64,000 nucleotides of DNA from a virus (IMGVR_UViG_3300032770_000018:14137-78136), one strand, 5' to 3'; counted from the stretch's first letter, positions 17,839 to 27,739 are shown. Numbers and translations are program-made. Notes: generated by a model not told the origin, from the sequence alone.

Positions 17839-18206
17839 TGCTGGTCGACATCGCCTCAAAGTTTCCGCCCCGGGCCTGCCGGATGCTCGCCAGGAAGGGC
17901 AACGGCCGGAACTGCCGGCCAAAGAGTTACGACGAAATCGCCAGGGAGGTGGGGGTAGCTCGGTCAACGCTGATCCTGATCCTCAGCCGCCCGGACTGGG
18001 GAAACACCGGGATCAGAACGGTTGACGCCATCGCACGTGCGTGCGGAGTGGACTTCCTCAATCCGAAACGGCACGCCAAACTGGTTCGCCGTGGGAAGTT
18101 CGCTCACATCGCCAACGCCAATGGGAGCCAGCGGCTGATGTTTGACCGGATACTTCCGAAGGATATGGGCAGCCGGCAGAGTTCTGGGCCGCCAAAGGCC
18201 ATCTGA
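17838..18206 (+). CDS. XRE-like HTH protein
   Basis: SYDEIAREVGVARSTL...TVDAIARACGVD. Confidence 0.7.
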   Translation: MLVDIASKFPPRACRMLARKGNGRNCRPKSYDEIAREVGVARSTLILILSRPDWGNTGIRTVDAIARACGVDFLNPKRHAKLVRRGKFAHIANANGSQRLMFDRILPKDMGSRQSSGPPKAI

Positions 18207-18260
18207 CGGCCGCGGCGGCGCGCGGCGCGGACGCGTTGCGACGGCTGCTCTCTTCTCCTC

Positions 18261-19856
18261 TCAGGAAATGCTCGTGGCAAAGGCCGGCCGGTCTCGCCTG
18301 CCAACGGTCTCGGGGTCCAATGTCTGCAATTCCTCAGCGCACTCCATCAGCAGCGCGTAGGTCAGGGCGTCGAAGACGTGCTTGTTCTCGTCGTCCACCA
18401 CGTAGTTAAGGGCGCCCTTTCCCTTTTTGAGGTCGCGCAGCATCTGGATGGTCATTGTGCAGTGGGCGCTTACGCGAATTCGTCCCTGCATCAGCAGCTT
18501 TTTCAGCAACCTCACACGCTGGGCAACGCTGTGTTTGGCCTTTGGGACCCCGATAAGCTGAATTCGGTTCCTGGATGCCGCATAGACCTCCAGATGCTGG
18601 TAGGTGTCGCCGGTGCTCTGGTACTTCTCGATGGAAGATCGATCCGACCAGGCGCGTTCCAGGTCAAGCCTGTGACCGGCGATTTCCTCGATGGACAGCC
18701 TTCCCTCGGGCATGTCGGGATTGCCCTCGATGAGCCCCATGAACGCCACGGTAAATTCCTCAACCGACATTTCCTTGCCGATGTTGACCAGCTCGTCGAG
18801 CACGGAGAAATAGGACCGCCCGCTGATGACGTTTCGCTCGATGGCGACGGCAGCGTGGTTTTTGTCTCCCAGGTCCCAACCGGTTATCAACTCGGCGATC
18901 GTCGGACTGGGGTTGAGGTATTCCCAGTCGTCTTCATTCTGCGATGAGCAGTTTCCAACAACGTGAAGATTTTCACGGAAGCAGCCACGGAAGTGTCGGC
19001 TCTGGTCACCGAAGCCAAAAACCCACTTGCCGTTCACCAGGCGCTCATACATCCCGATGTCCGAGCCGCAGGCGACGGTGACCTCGTCGATCTGTCTGGG
19101 ATCCAGCCGCGGGTTCTCGCGGATACCCCATTCCAGGACGTCCGAGTTGGTCTTGAAGAAGTCGAAAACCCGCTCAGGCAGGACGGGCAACCCCACCTCG
19201 GTATTGTGCGCGGTATACTCATCGTAGGTCCACTTGCGCTCGAGGTAGAACGCCCGGTAAATCCAGGAGCTTTCGCCTTCCTCGGCCGGGTTGGTATCGG
19301 CAATCCACTGCTGTTGCTCGAACGGGATGTTGAGCATACGCAGCGCTGGGAGGCCGTACTGGAGCACGCCACGGGTGCCGAACTTCGAAAGCTCAGAAAA
19401 GTAGATGAGGCTGAACTCCATTTCCTTGAGCTTATCCTCAACGTCGTTATCAACGTCGAGGGAGAACAACATGCACTCCGATTCACCGCCGTAGCCGTTG
19501 CGCACCCGAAAGAATGGAGTGCGGGTCTGGCCGTCAACTTTTGGACCCGGACGCTTGTCGGCGCCCATGGTGGTGTAGCGGATGCCGATGCCGGATTTGA
19601 ACCACTCCGGCAGGATGTCCCGCTGCATCTTCATCCATGGGCCGCCGTCCTTCGAGTTCTTGAGCGTGCGGCTGAACATCGCGACCCGGGCGCCCTTAAC
19701 CTCCCAGAGATGGCGGACGATCTTATGCAGGACGGCGATGGTCTTGCCCGATAGGCGTGGGCCGCAGACCAGCATTGCCCGCTTCATGCAGTTGTAGACC
19801 TCCAACTGCCGATCGAACAGGTCGGGAAAGAAAATGCCTTCGGAGTCGATTGGCAT
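18261..19856 (-). CDS. terL: Terminase large subunit
   Basis: RQ..(Q motif), GPRLSGKT, IYFSE, DTNP, ENPRL, GWDLG, WSD, KHVFDALTY; ATG at 19856 overlaps the groES-like stop (TAATG). Confidence 0.92.
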   Translation of the reverse strand: MPIDSEGIFFPDLFDRQLEVYNCMKRAMLVCGPRLSGKTIAVLHKIVRHLWEVKGARVAMFSRTLKNSKDGGPWMKMQRDILPEWFKSGIGIRYTTMGADKRPGPKVDGQTRTPFFRVRNGYGGESECMLFSLDVDNDVEDKLKEMEFSLIYFSELSKFGTRGVLQYGLPALRMLNIPFEQQQWIADTNPAEEGESSWIYRAFYLERKWTYDEYTAHNTEVGLPVLPERVFDFFKTNSDVLEWGIRENPRLDPRQIDEVTVACGSDIGMYERLVNGKWVFGFGDQSRHFRGCFRENLHVVGNCSSQNEDDWEYLNPSPTIAELITGWDLGDKNHAAVAIERNVISGRSYFSVLDELVNIGKEMSVEEFTVAFMGLIEGNPDMPEGRLSIEEIAGHRLDLERAWSDRSSIEKYQSTGDTYQHLEVYAASRNRIQLIGVPKAKHSVAQRVRLLKKLLMQGRIRVSAHCTMTIQMLRDLKKGKGALNYVVDDENKHVFDALTYALLMECAEELQTLDPETVGRRDRPAFATSIS

Positions 19857-20137
19857 TAGCCGAGGATGGCCACAACGTCGCGGATGCTGTAAACGCGACA
19901 CTTCTGGCCATTGAAATCGGTTTCCTGGCTGCCGTAGCTGTTATCGACATGCACGCGATGGCCAACCCGTAGGTCTGGTGGCAGAAGGTTTGGACGACCG
20001 CCGCGGCGCCCTCCGGAGCCGAGGAGGAGAACGATCCCCGTGCTTTGGAGTTTCGACTTTCCGTGCTCGACTAGGACGAACGATTCGGTGGGAGGAGGAT
20101 CAAGTCGGACGAGGACGCGATTGCCGAGAAGCTTCAT
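19856..20137 (-). CDS. GroES/Cpn10-like co-chaperonin
   Basis: MKLLGNRVLVR...TGIVLLLGSG...LRVGHRV...YGSQE...DVVAIL, 93 aa. Confidence 0.85.
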   Translation of the reverse strand: MKLLGNRVLVRLDPPPTESFVLVEHGKSKLQSTGIVLLLGSGGRRGGRPNLLPPDLRVGHRVHVDNSYGSQETDFNGQKCRVYSIRDVVAILG

Positions 20138-20189
20138 ATCCGCAAATTGCGCTTGCAAATCCAAGTGAGGCAAGCGTAAAAGGCACCCA
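20137..20189. promoter_or_regulatory. Divergent, overlapping promoter pair between the GroES-TerL unit and the head operon
   Basis: Plus: TTGCAA (20153)...GCGTAAAAGGCA...ATG 20189; minus: TTGCCT (20173)...GCGCAA...ATG 20137; TTG-to-ATG offset is 36 nt on both strands. Confidence 0.5.
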
Positions 20190-20491
20190 TGAGTGCACCG
20201 ATTTGTAAGATTCGTCTTCCCAGCCATCACCCCGCCGTCGCCGGATTGAGGAAAGGCGACCGCGTCCACCTCATCGCCGAAAAGGCTGAAGAGGAGGCCA
20301 ACGCGATGTCGGAGAAGCCGCCCGGGCCGCAGGTGCCACCGCTCGAAACGCCCTTCCACGTCAACTCGATCGCCAAGGCGCGCGGGGCAGGCGCGGCGCT
20401 TCCCGGTGGAAAAGGCGGAGTCCAATCGCCGGCCGAATATCTCAACAGTCGCCGGCGCTCAGAGGCTGGCGCGGTTGACAGCATGTCGTGA
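20189..20491 (+). CDS. Hypothetical protein
   Basis: 100-aa ORF, GTGA-coupled to the portal gene. Confidence 0.65.
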   Translation: MSAPICKIRLPSHHPAVAGLRKGDRVHLIAEKAEEEANAMSEKPPGPQVPPLETPFHVNSIAKARGAGAALPGGKGGVQSPAEYLNSRRRSEAGAVDSMS

Positions 20492-23025
20492 TCGACCTGA
20501 AGCTACTCGAGCAGAAGGGCATCAACCCGGACAAGCTGAGGGCCAAGCTACAGCCCAGCGGCTTCAACTGGGTGCCAAAGAAGGGGGCTTGGGAGAAGGA
20601 CCCCGGCTACATGACGCACCCGACCAACGAGCCGGGCGAGTCAGACGCCGAGCGCGTCCATAAGCTGATCCTCCGCATCCGCTCGCGCATCCAGGAGGGG
20701 ATGACCCGCAATTTCCAGGACTTCCGCGTCTACTACGCGCTTGATGTCGCCTGGGACACCCCGTTCCGCCAGATCACCCCGACGCTGATCTCGACCTTCC
20801 TCGACGCCGACCCAAACGACGAAAAGGTCTACAAAGCCGTACAGGACTGGGGGCTCGCCCATCTCATCCAAAACGAGAAGGACCCGAAGACCGGCAAGGA
20901 CGTAAAGACCCTTAACCTCCCGGTATTCTTCAGCGTGGTGGTCCCCCTCGTCCGAGCCTACGTGACGATTCGTTGGGCCAAGGTGATGAACGACCGCCGG
21001 CAATTTCCGTATTACAAATACGAGCCGGCCAAGAACACGACCGAACTCAGCCTCAAGTGCGAGGCGCTGAGCGACCGAGTGCAGGTGATGTCATCTCAGT
21101 ACGGCTATTACGACCAGGACAAGCAGGCGGTGCTCAAGATGCTCCACTACGGGCTGTGCCTGAAGTTCATCAAAGAAGCCTGGCACTCGGAGGAGCAGTG
21201 GAAGGAAGCGGACGCCCAGGACGTGCAGGCCGGCGCCGAGAAGCCCGATGGCAACAAGGCAAGCATTGGTGATCCGATAAAGGTGACTACCCGGGAGGGC
21301 CTGCGCTATCACATCCCGCACCCAAGCCGAATCTTTCGTGACCTAGCGCACGGGCCGTGGACTTTCAACTACGATTGTGGATGCGAGTACGGCGGCTACT
21401 GGCGCATCGCGCGCTACCGCGAGATCGAGCAGAACCCGGATTTCTGGAACCGCGACAAGATCGGCTTTGGCGCCGTGGACTTCGTGAGCGGCAACCGGCT
21501 CTTTTTCACCACCGTCTATTCGGCCTGCACGCTGACCATCCCGGTCGCCCAACCCGACAAGCAGCCGGAGGGCCCGGCGCTGGGTGCCGGCATTGGCCTG
21601 GGCGCTGGTGACCTCGACCGCGAGAAAGAGATCGCGACCATCTACTACGGAACGGAGCACGGCGACCAGGGGGTGCTGGTGACCGAGTACTTTGAAAAGC
21701 TGATTCCCAGCCAGAACGGCCTTGGCGACTACGACTGCCCGGTGTGGTTCCGCTTTGTGGTCGCCGGCGACTCCTGCACGATTCTCTACGCCGAGCCCCT
21801 GCCCTACGTGCCGATCACCTACTACGGCTACGACGCGGACGAAAGCCGCAGCAAGCCCGCGAGCCTGAGCCTCGAGGTGCTTCCCTTCCAGGACCATTTC
21901 AGCAACCTGCTGACCCAGACGATCCTCACCTGCAAGCAGAACCTGGCGAACCTGACTTTCATTGATAGCGACCAGATTGACGTAGAAACCCAGGGCAAGA
22001 TCAAGGGCATCGGTGCCTCGCTCTACCGGTTCCTCAACATCATGCCCTACTCGAGCAAGAAGGCGGCGCGCCTGCAGAACAAGCTCGCGGAGGCGGTGCA
22101 GTCTTACGCCCTGCCAAAGGGCAATGTTGCCGAGCTGATCGGAGTGATGAAGCAGATTCTGGACGTCATCGAGCGGGTGCTGGTGATGAGCAGCCAGGAA
22201 GTTGGCCAGGCGGCCAGCCACGAGTTGCGCGCGGAGGAAGTTCGCAACATCCAGGCCAGCACCTCGACGCGCCTGATTTTCACCGCTACACCGGTGGATA
22301 TTGCGACCGATGCGGACAAGCGCCGGATCTACCAGGCGCTGATGGCCTACGGCGACGAGGAGTTCTCGGTACACGTGCCGGCCGAGTCCCCGGTCACCCC
22401 CGATCAATTCAAGGCGATGGGGTTCACCTTCGGTCCAAAGCAGGTCCAGACCCAGTTCCCAGGCGCGGCCCGAGACCGCTACATCCACGCGCGGGTCAAA
22501 AAGAGCGCCCTGGCGATGGACCTCTGGTCGTTTGCCAGCACCAAGAACGACGCCGACCGCGTTGGTGACGCTCAGATGGCCGTCGCGATGTCGCAGATCA
22601 CGCTCAACCTGCTCAATAACCCGATGACCGCGCAGGCGATTGGCCCCGACCAGGCGATTGACCTCGCTAACCATATCTGGCGCCTGAGCGGACTACCGCG
22701 GGACATGAAGCTCCGGAACGTCTCCCCGGCGCCCGACCCGCAACAGGCTCAGCAGGAGGCCCAACAGCAGCTCGCAGCAACGGCGCAGGCGGTCCTCAAA
22801 GCAATCCAGCCTGAGCTTCACCCGTTAATGGATGAGGTGAAGCGCCAACGCGACGAGATCAACGTGGTTTTCAGGGCGCTCAACCTCCCTATCCCGCAAC
22901 CCTCGAATGATAACACTCCACCAACGGCCGCTCCCGGACCCGGACCAGGCATCCATGCGCCAATGGCTCAACCAGCCGGCGTCCCGGCGCTTCCGGGCGC
23001 TCCTGGCCAACCTGGCGGCGGCTGA
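20488..23025 (+). CDS. Portal protein (putative)
   Basis: 845 aa, position between terminase and scaffold/capsid, helical content, Q/P-rich C-terminus. Confidence 0.75.
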   Translation: MIDLKLLEQKGINPDKLRAKLQPSGFNWVPKKGAWEKDPGYMTHPTNEPGESDAERVHKLILRIRSRIQEGMTRNFQDFRVYYALDVAWDTPFRQITPTLISTFLDADPNDEKVYKAVQDWGLAHLIQNEKDPKTGKDVKTLNLPVFFSVVVPLVRAYVTIRWAKVMNDRRQFPYYKYEPAKNTTELSLKCEALSDRVQVMSSQYGYYDQDKQAVLKMLHYGLCLKFIKEAWHSEEQWKEADAQDVQAGAEKPDGNKASIGDPIKVTTREGLRYHIPHPSRIFRDLAHGPWTFNYDCGCEYGGYWRIARYREIEQNPDFWNRDKIGFGAVDFVSGNRLFFTTVYSACTLTIPVAQPDKQPEGPALGAGIGLGAGDLDREKEIATIYYGTEHGDQGVLVTEYFEKLIPSQNGLGDYDCPVWFRFVVAGDSCTILYAEPLPYVPITYYGYDADESRSKPASLSLEVLPFQDHFSNLLTQTILTCKQNLANLTFIDSDQIDVETQGKIKGIGASLYRFLNIMPYSSKKAARLQNKLAEAVQSYALPKGNVAELIGVMKQILDVIERVLVMSSQEVGQAASHELRAEEVRNIQASTSTRLIFTATPVDIATDADKRRIYQALMAYGDEEFSVHVPAESPVTPDQFKAMGFTFGPKQVQTQFPGAARDRYIHARVKKSALAMDLWSFASTKNDADRVGDAQMAVAMSQITLNLLNNPMTAQAIGPDQAIDLANHIWRLSGLPRDMKLRNVSPAPDPQQAQQEAQQQLAATAQAVLKAIQPELHPLMDEVKRQRDEINVVFRALNLPIPQPSNDNTPPTAAPGPGPGIHAPMAQPAGVPALPGAPGQPGGG

Positions 23026-23239
23026 GGCTGCCGAGGCGGCAAATAAGCTCTGCGCCCAGCCGGCGAACGACCGGACGGAGGTGGTGTCCAATGAAGCGCG
23101 GGAACTTATTCGCAGATCCCAGGACCTGACGGCTGCTCGGAATCTCCTTGAGGGGATGGCGGTGCCCGACTACAAGTTCTCTGAATATGACCTCAAGCCC
23201 GACACTGCACCCTCCGAGACAGTTAACGTAGAAATGTAA
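22907..23239 (+). CDS. Small hypothetical protein overlapping the portal 3' end
   Basis: Helical 110-aa ORF (RQWLNQP..RRFRALL) filling the gap to the scaffold gene. Confidence 0.65.
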   Translation: MITLHQRPLPDPDQASMRQWLNQPASRRFRALLANLAAAEAAEAANKLCAQPANDRTEVVSNEARELIRRSQDLTAARNLLEGMAVPDYKFSEYDLKPDTAPSETVNVEM

Positions 23240-23244
23240 AACCT

Positions 23245-24741
23245 ATGGCACAGATCGACCTCGTTACCCGCAGAACCACCCCGAAACCTCCTACAGCCGC
23301 GCCAGCGACGGCAGCCGAACCACCACCAGTCGTGATACCGACCCCCGAGGAGCTGAAGAAGCGAACAAGCGAGATGTTCACCAGCTTGGGGTGGGGAACA
23401 CCTCCAGAGGCTGCGCTGGGAGCCCAACCAGCAGCTCCCGCCGTGGAACCGCCGGCGCCCACTCCGCCACCGCCAGCGGCGGCCGAGCCCACCCCGGAAC
23501 CGGAACCCCAACCTGAACCACAGCCCGAACCCACGACGGCTGACCTTATCGCCAGCACGGCCCGGGAGACCGCCATCGAGGTTTCCAAAGCAATCAGCCG
23601 CGTTCCCGCCACGCCTGCCGCCGCACCTGAGCCAGCGCTCGATCTGACGCCGGAGGATCAGGAGACACTGACCGTCCTTGAGTGGATGGAAAAGAGCGAG
23701 CCCAGCAAATATCGAGGGCGCGCCGCGCAGTTCCGCGACTACCTGCGAAAGGTGTATGCCTACCAAGACGCCTGGCTGGCCAAGAACGAAGGCAAGGATT
23801 TCAACGCCAATGACGAGGAGCATTCGGCGTTCTACGCCGAGAATCCGTTCCCGGTGACCTTGCAGGAGATCCAGAACGCCCAGGTGGACATGCGGGCGGA
23901 AGCCAAGTGGGAGACCCGCGTGAAGCCATTGCAGGAACGGATCGACATGATGGATAACGAGCGAAAGGTCCAGGAGGCCATGCCCGTCATCGGCGCCAAC
24001 CTCGCGAAGATGGTCTATCGGATGGTTGAGGTGGGTGCTCCCGAGCTGGCCACGCTGGTTCGTGGCGCCGACGGCAAGCCGAACTTCAGCCCCGAATCCA
24101 TCGCGGCAGTCGAGGCCAAGGACCCAATCGCCAAAACCATCCTCGACGCCTTTGTGGACAACCAACTCAAACCGATGATCATGGAGTTGGAAAAGACGGT
24201 CATTCCAGGCGCGCGCTTCCAACTCGACCCGGACCACAACGCGGTTCACGCGCAGATTCGGGATTACCACCTCAAGGCCGAGCGGGAGATGGCAGCCGCG
24301 CCCGCCAGCGTGCGAATCCAGAACGGAAAGCAGTGGGTGCCGGTCCAGAGATTATCCCAAATGCGCCGGCAGGTGCAGGGTGGCCCCAGCAGTGACGCCG
24401 ATAAGGCGGCGGCGATGGACGACATCAATGCGCGGTACTGGTGCCTGAGCGTTGACGATCTGGAAAGCTCGATTGCCTACGATTTGGCGCTCAAGGCGCA
24501 AGCGCTAATTGCGCAAACCGATACCCTGGCGAAGAAAAAATACGGCGGGTCAGCCGCCCCGCAACCCCAACCCAGACCCGCAGCGCCAGCGCCAGCTCCA
24601 GCGCCGCAGGTAGCGGCACCGGGCGCAAAACCGCGTTCCCCCTCCACCTCGTCGCCGTCCGATACTTCGTCCGGCGCAGGAAGTCCTGGCGGAGGTGAAA
24701 AAAGTTTCGGGGAACGCGTCACAGCCAATCTCTTCGCGTAG
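23245..24741 (+). CDS. Capsid scaffolding protein (putative)
   Basis: P/E/A-rich N-terminus, helical core, P/S-rich C-terminus, just upstream of the capsid-position gene. Confidence 0.65.
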   Translation: MAQIDLVTRRTTPKPPTAAPATAAEPPPVVIPTPEELKKRTSEMFTSLGWGTPPEAALGAQPAAPAVEPPAPTPPPPAAAEPTPEPEPQPEPQPEPTTADLIASTARETAIEVSKAISRVPATPAAAPEPALDLTPEDQETLTVLEWMEKSEPSKYRGRAAQFRDYLRKVYAYQDAWLAKNEGKDFNANDEEHSAFYAENPFPVTLQEIQNAQVDMRAEAKWETRVKPLQERIDMMDNERKVQEAMPVIGANLAKMVYRMVEVGAPELATLVRGADGKPNFSPESIAAVEAKDPIAKTILDAFVDNQLKPMIMELEKTVIPGARFQLDPDHNAVHAQIRDYHLKAEREMAAAPASVRIQNGKQWVPVQRLSQMRRQVQGGPSSDADKAAAMDDINARYWCLSVDDLESSIAYDLALKAQALIAQTDTLAKKKYGGSAAPQPQPRPAAPAPAPAPQVAAPGAKPRSPSTSSPSDTSSGAGSPGGGEKSFGERVTANLFA

Positions 24742-24799
24742 TAGCATCGGTCTCAGTTGAAGCGGCCGGGTCAGACGGCCGCCAAAAACCGAGACCGAT

Positions 24800-26755
24800 A
24801 TGAAAGTAAGAAATTCGCTTTTGGTGCTGGCGGTCCTCACGTTGGCCCTGCTGGCTATAGCCTTCACGGTGCCCTACCTCAAGGAGTTCGCGCTGGGCAC
24901 AGCCCTCGCGCTGCCCTTCCTGGCGGTGACGAGCACCCAAAACCGTTTCCAAGACACGCCATGTACGGTCGTGGTGTCGAACAACTACGACACCCACGGA
25001 ACGATCACGCGCGCCAGCGTGGCCAACCTGACGCCCGCGCAGCTTGAGGCGCTGTTCCGACCGGGGGGCCTGTTTGCTGACATGGACTCGTGGTTCAAGA
25101 CCTCCTTCGAGATGAAAGCCTGCGGCATCAAGGTCAACGGCATGTATGACTGGGTAATGTCCAGCCAGCGCTCGATGGGCAGCCTGCTCACCTACGAGAA
25201 GATGGACCGCGGCCCCAGCCTGCTGAAGCCCTTCGTCATGGGCCGACAGGACTCGGTGATCAACAAGGAATTCTGGGCGATCACTGGCGGCGTCGCCGAA
25301 TCGGGTTACACGCCAGACCAGCCCGGCACGGCCATCGGGACGGCCACCGCTGGTCCCATCACCGCAGCCGACCTCAGCGCCTCCGGCGCCGCCTCCTCCG
25401 ACCGCATCATCCGCGTGGTCAACCGCTACGGGATGGACCTGGATGCCAAGTGGTTCCTCAACCGCGACCGCGTCTTCATCATGGGTTTGAAAAACGGCCA
25501 GGCTACCTCCGGCTCGTGGAAGGTCCTGGCCTCCGGCGTTTCGACCGACCTCTCCTACGTGGATGTCTGCATCACGAGCGAAAACGCGGGATCGACCAGC
25601 GTCTACGACGCGACCCCAACGGCTGGCGTGTTGCTGGCCGGCGGCAATAACGTGAGCGACTACGAAAGCTGGTGCAATAACCGGCCGACGGTTGACCCCC
25701 GCAAGCGCGTGCCGTTCTGGTATCAGACCATGCGCCGAGCCCGGGCGGTTGACTCGGAATACAAGGTGGTGTTCGCGCGCCTGATGGAGAGCAACGAATA
25801 TTTCCGCCAGTTCGGCGACCTGCCGTTGGCTGAACGCAATCGCCAGGACGAAGAGCTTTTCCAGCGCTCTTGGCTGAACAGCTTCTTCTTCGGCAAGAAG
25901 ATCAGCACCAACCAGACGCTGGCTAACTGGCAGAGTCTGGAACAGATTCTCACGGTCACCAGCACCGGGGTTGATCCGGGCCAGGGCGGCAAACTCGTCG
26001 CCTACCGAGCCAACATGGTAGGCATCTACGAGCAGCTCAAAGCGTGTAGCCGGGTCAAGGACCTGCAGAACAACCAGATCAACCTCTACGAGTTCCTCGG
26101 CGAGTGCTACCGCATCTACCGCGCGCGCAAGAGCCAGGGCCGGGTGGTTGATTCGCTGGACGTGTTCATGGACAGCGTGTCAGCCGCCGACTGGGAGACC
26201 GCGTTCATCAACTACTACAAGCAGGAGTACGGCGACATCGTCCGTATCAACATCGAGACCGGCAGCAACGAACTGGGCTTCCACTGGCGGTCTTTCACGG
26301 TTAAATACCCGATTGGCGTGCAGATTAACCTCGTGACCCACGAGTTCTTCGATGACATCGCCAACGCGTTCACCACGGAGAATCTCGCCAGCCGCGGCAA
26401 CTTCGCGCTGATCCTGGACATCGGAAAGCCCGGCCCAAAGGGCGGGACGATCTATCCGGGAATGATCGCCTCCAACCGCAAGATGCGGACGCTGGGTGAC
26501 CTCGAACAACTGGCGAGGATCGACCCGACCTTCGCCTGCACGATGGAGAGCGTGACTGAGGAAATCAGCCTGACATCGGAGACCTGCACAGCCGTCTGCG
26601 AGTGCCCGGCAAACTCGGTCTGGATCGAGAACCGCGCGCCCGGTGTTCCGAGCACCAGCGCGATGACGCAAAATCCAGACTACTTGAATTTGTATCAGTT
26701 ACCATGGGCTTTTCTAATCGCCGCATCATTGGCGATTGGCGGTCTTTTGTGCTGA
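24800..26755 (+). CDS. Major capsid protein (putative) with hydrophobic N- and C-termini
   Basis: Follows the scaffold gene, strong codon bias, followed by a terminator; no diagnostic motif verified. Confidence 0.7.
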   Translation: MKVRNSLLVLAVLTLALLAIAFTVPYLKEFALGTALALPFLAVTSTQNRFQDTPCTVVVSNNYDTHGTITRASVANLTPAQLEALFRPGGLFADMDSWFKTSFEMKACGIKVNGMYDWVMSSQRSMGSLLTYEKMDRGPSLLKPFVMGRQDSVINKEFWAITGGVAESGYTPDQPGTAIGTATAGPITAADLSASGAASSDRIIRVVNRYGMDLDAKWFLNRDRVFIMGLKNGQATSGSWKVLASGVSTDLSYVDVCITSENAGSTSVYDATPTAGVLLAGGNNVSDYESWCNNRPTVDPRKRVPFWYQTMRRARAVDSEYKVVFARLMESNEYFRQFGDLPLAERNRQDEELFQRSWLNSFFFGKKISTNQTLANWQSLEQILTVTSTGVDPGQGGKLVAYRANMVGIYEQLKACSRVKDLQNNQINLYEFLGECYRIYRARKSQGRVVDSLDVFMDSVSAADWETAFINYYKQEYGDIVRINIETGSNELGFHWRSFTVKYPIGVQINLVTHEFFDDIANAFTTENLASRGNFALILDIGKPGPKGGTIYPGMIASNRKMRTLGDLEQLARIDPTFACTMESVTEEISLTSETCTAVCECPANSVWIENRAPGVPSTSAMTQNPDYLNLYQLPWAFLIAASLAIGGLLC

Positions 26756-26791
26756 TCGTTTCGATGTAGCGCTACAACGAGGGTTGAGTGC

Positions 26792-26826
26792 GGCGCCCCG
26801 GCGAAAGTCGGGGCGCCTGCTTTTTT
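26792..26826 (+). terminator. Rho-independent terminator
   Basis: GGCGCCCCGGC-GAAA-GTCGGGGCGCC stem-loop then TGC-TTTTTT. Confidence 0.85.
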
Positions 26827-26883
26827 GCTTTGCTTGGTTGGCGATTCGGTGCAATGCTCTGGCACAGTGAAAATCGAAATCCA

Positions 26884-27693
26884 ATGCCGCACATAGTCAG
26901 CTTCTCTGGCGGGGTTTGTTCCTTTTGGGCCGCTAAACGCACGGTATCGCGCTACGGAAAAGAGAACGTAATTCTGCTGTTTGCCGACACCTTAATCGAG
27001 GACGAGGACCTCTACAGATTCAACAAACAGGCGCAGGATCACCTCGGAGTGCCAATTACAAGGATCGCCGATGGGAGAACACCTTGGCAGGTATTTAGGG
27101 ATGAACACCTGATAGGGAACACGCACGCAGACATCTGCTCAAGGATTCTAAAACGGGAGCTTATTTGGTCATGGATAAGGGGGCATTTCTTCGCCTTTGG
27201 ACCCGATCCGGCGGTCGTCCATCTCGGCATGGATTTCTCGGAGTTTTCCAGACTTGCAGAGGTGCAAGCCAACAACCGCGATTATCTTATCACCGCGCCG
27301 ATGTGCGAGGGCGAGCTTTGGGACAAATGCCGGATGCTGGAGGAACTAAAATCCATTGGGATAGCGCCACCACGACTCTACTCGTTTGGGTTTCCGCACA
27401 ATAACTGCGGCGGGTTTTGCGTTAAGGCTGGAATCTCCCACTTTGTTCACCTGCACGACGTTCTCCCAAAGGTCTTTGCCACCCACGAGCAGGAAGAACT
27501 TTTTACCCAGCAATGGCTGAGAGAGCGGGGTGTAAGCAATTGGCAATACACGATCCTCCTGGACAGGCGCGGGGGTAAAACCAAGCCGCTTTTGCTCCGC
27601 GACCTCAGGCTTCGCATCGAAGCGGGCGAGAAATTCCCGAGGGACGAGTGGGGTGGTTGTGGCTGCGCTGTGTCGTATCAAGCTGCAGCGTAG
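26884..27693 (+). CDS. PAPS-reductase-like protein 2
   Basis: HIVSFSGGVCS PP-loop, FADTLIEDEDLYRF, CSRILK, GFPHNNCGGFCVKAG, WGGCGC. Confidence 0.85.
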   Translation: MPHIVSFSGGVCSFWAAKRTVSRYGKENVILLFADTLIEDEDLYRFNKQAQDHLGVPITRIADGRTPWQVFRDEHLIGNTHADICSRILKRELIWSWIRGHFFAFGPDPAVVHLGMDFSEFSRLAEVQANNRDYLITAPMCEGELWDKCRMLEELKSIGIAPPRLYSFGFPHNNCGGFCVKAGISHFVHLHDVLPKVFATHEQEELFTQQWLRERGVSNWQYTILLDRRGGKTKPLLLRDLRLRIEAGEKFPRDEWGGCGCAVSYQAAA

Positions 27694-27739
27694 CTATTTT
27701 TCGCTTTGCAACTCCGCAAACGGCGGTATAAGTGCGTCC

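Noticed and set aside
18207-18260. GC-rich hairpin as a terminator between convergent genes
   Set aside because: Imperfect stem and no clear U-tract
2750-19856. Inteins or introns in dnaB or terL
   Set aside because: Both have normal length and contiguous motifs
20138-20425. 96-aa N-terminal extension of the GroES ORF
   Set aside because: Overlaps the plus-strand gene and promoter; GroES similarity starts at ATG 20137
23440-23540. PEPQ-type nucleotide repeats in the scaffold gene
   Set aside because: Explained by a low-complexity protein linker
26860-26880. Sigma54 promoter (TGGCAC) here and near 41983
   Set aside because: The -12 TTGC element is absent at the required spacing
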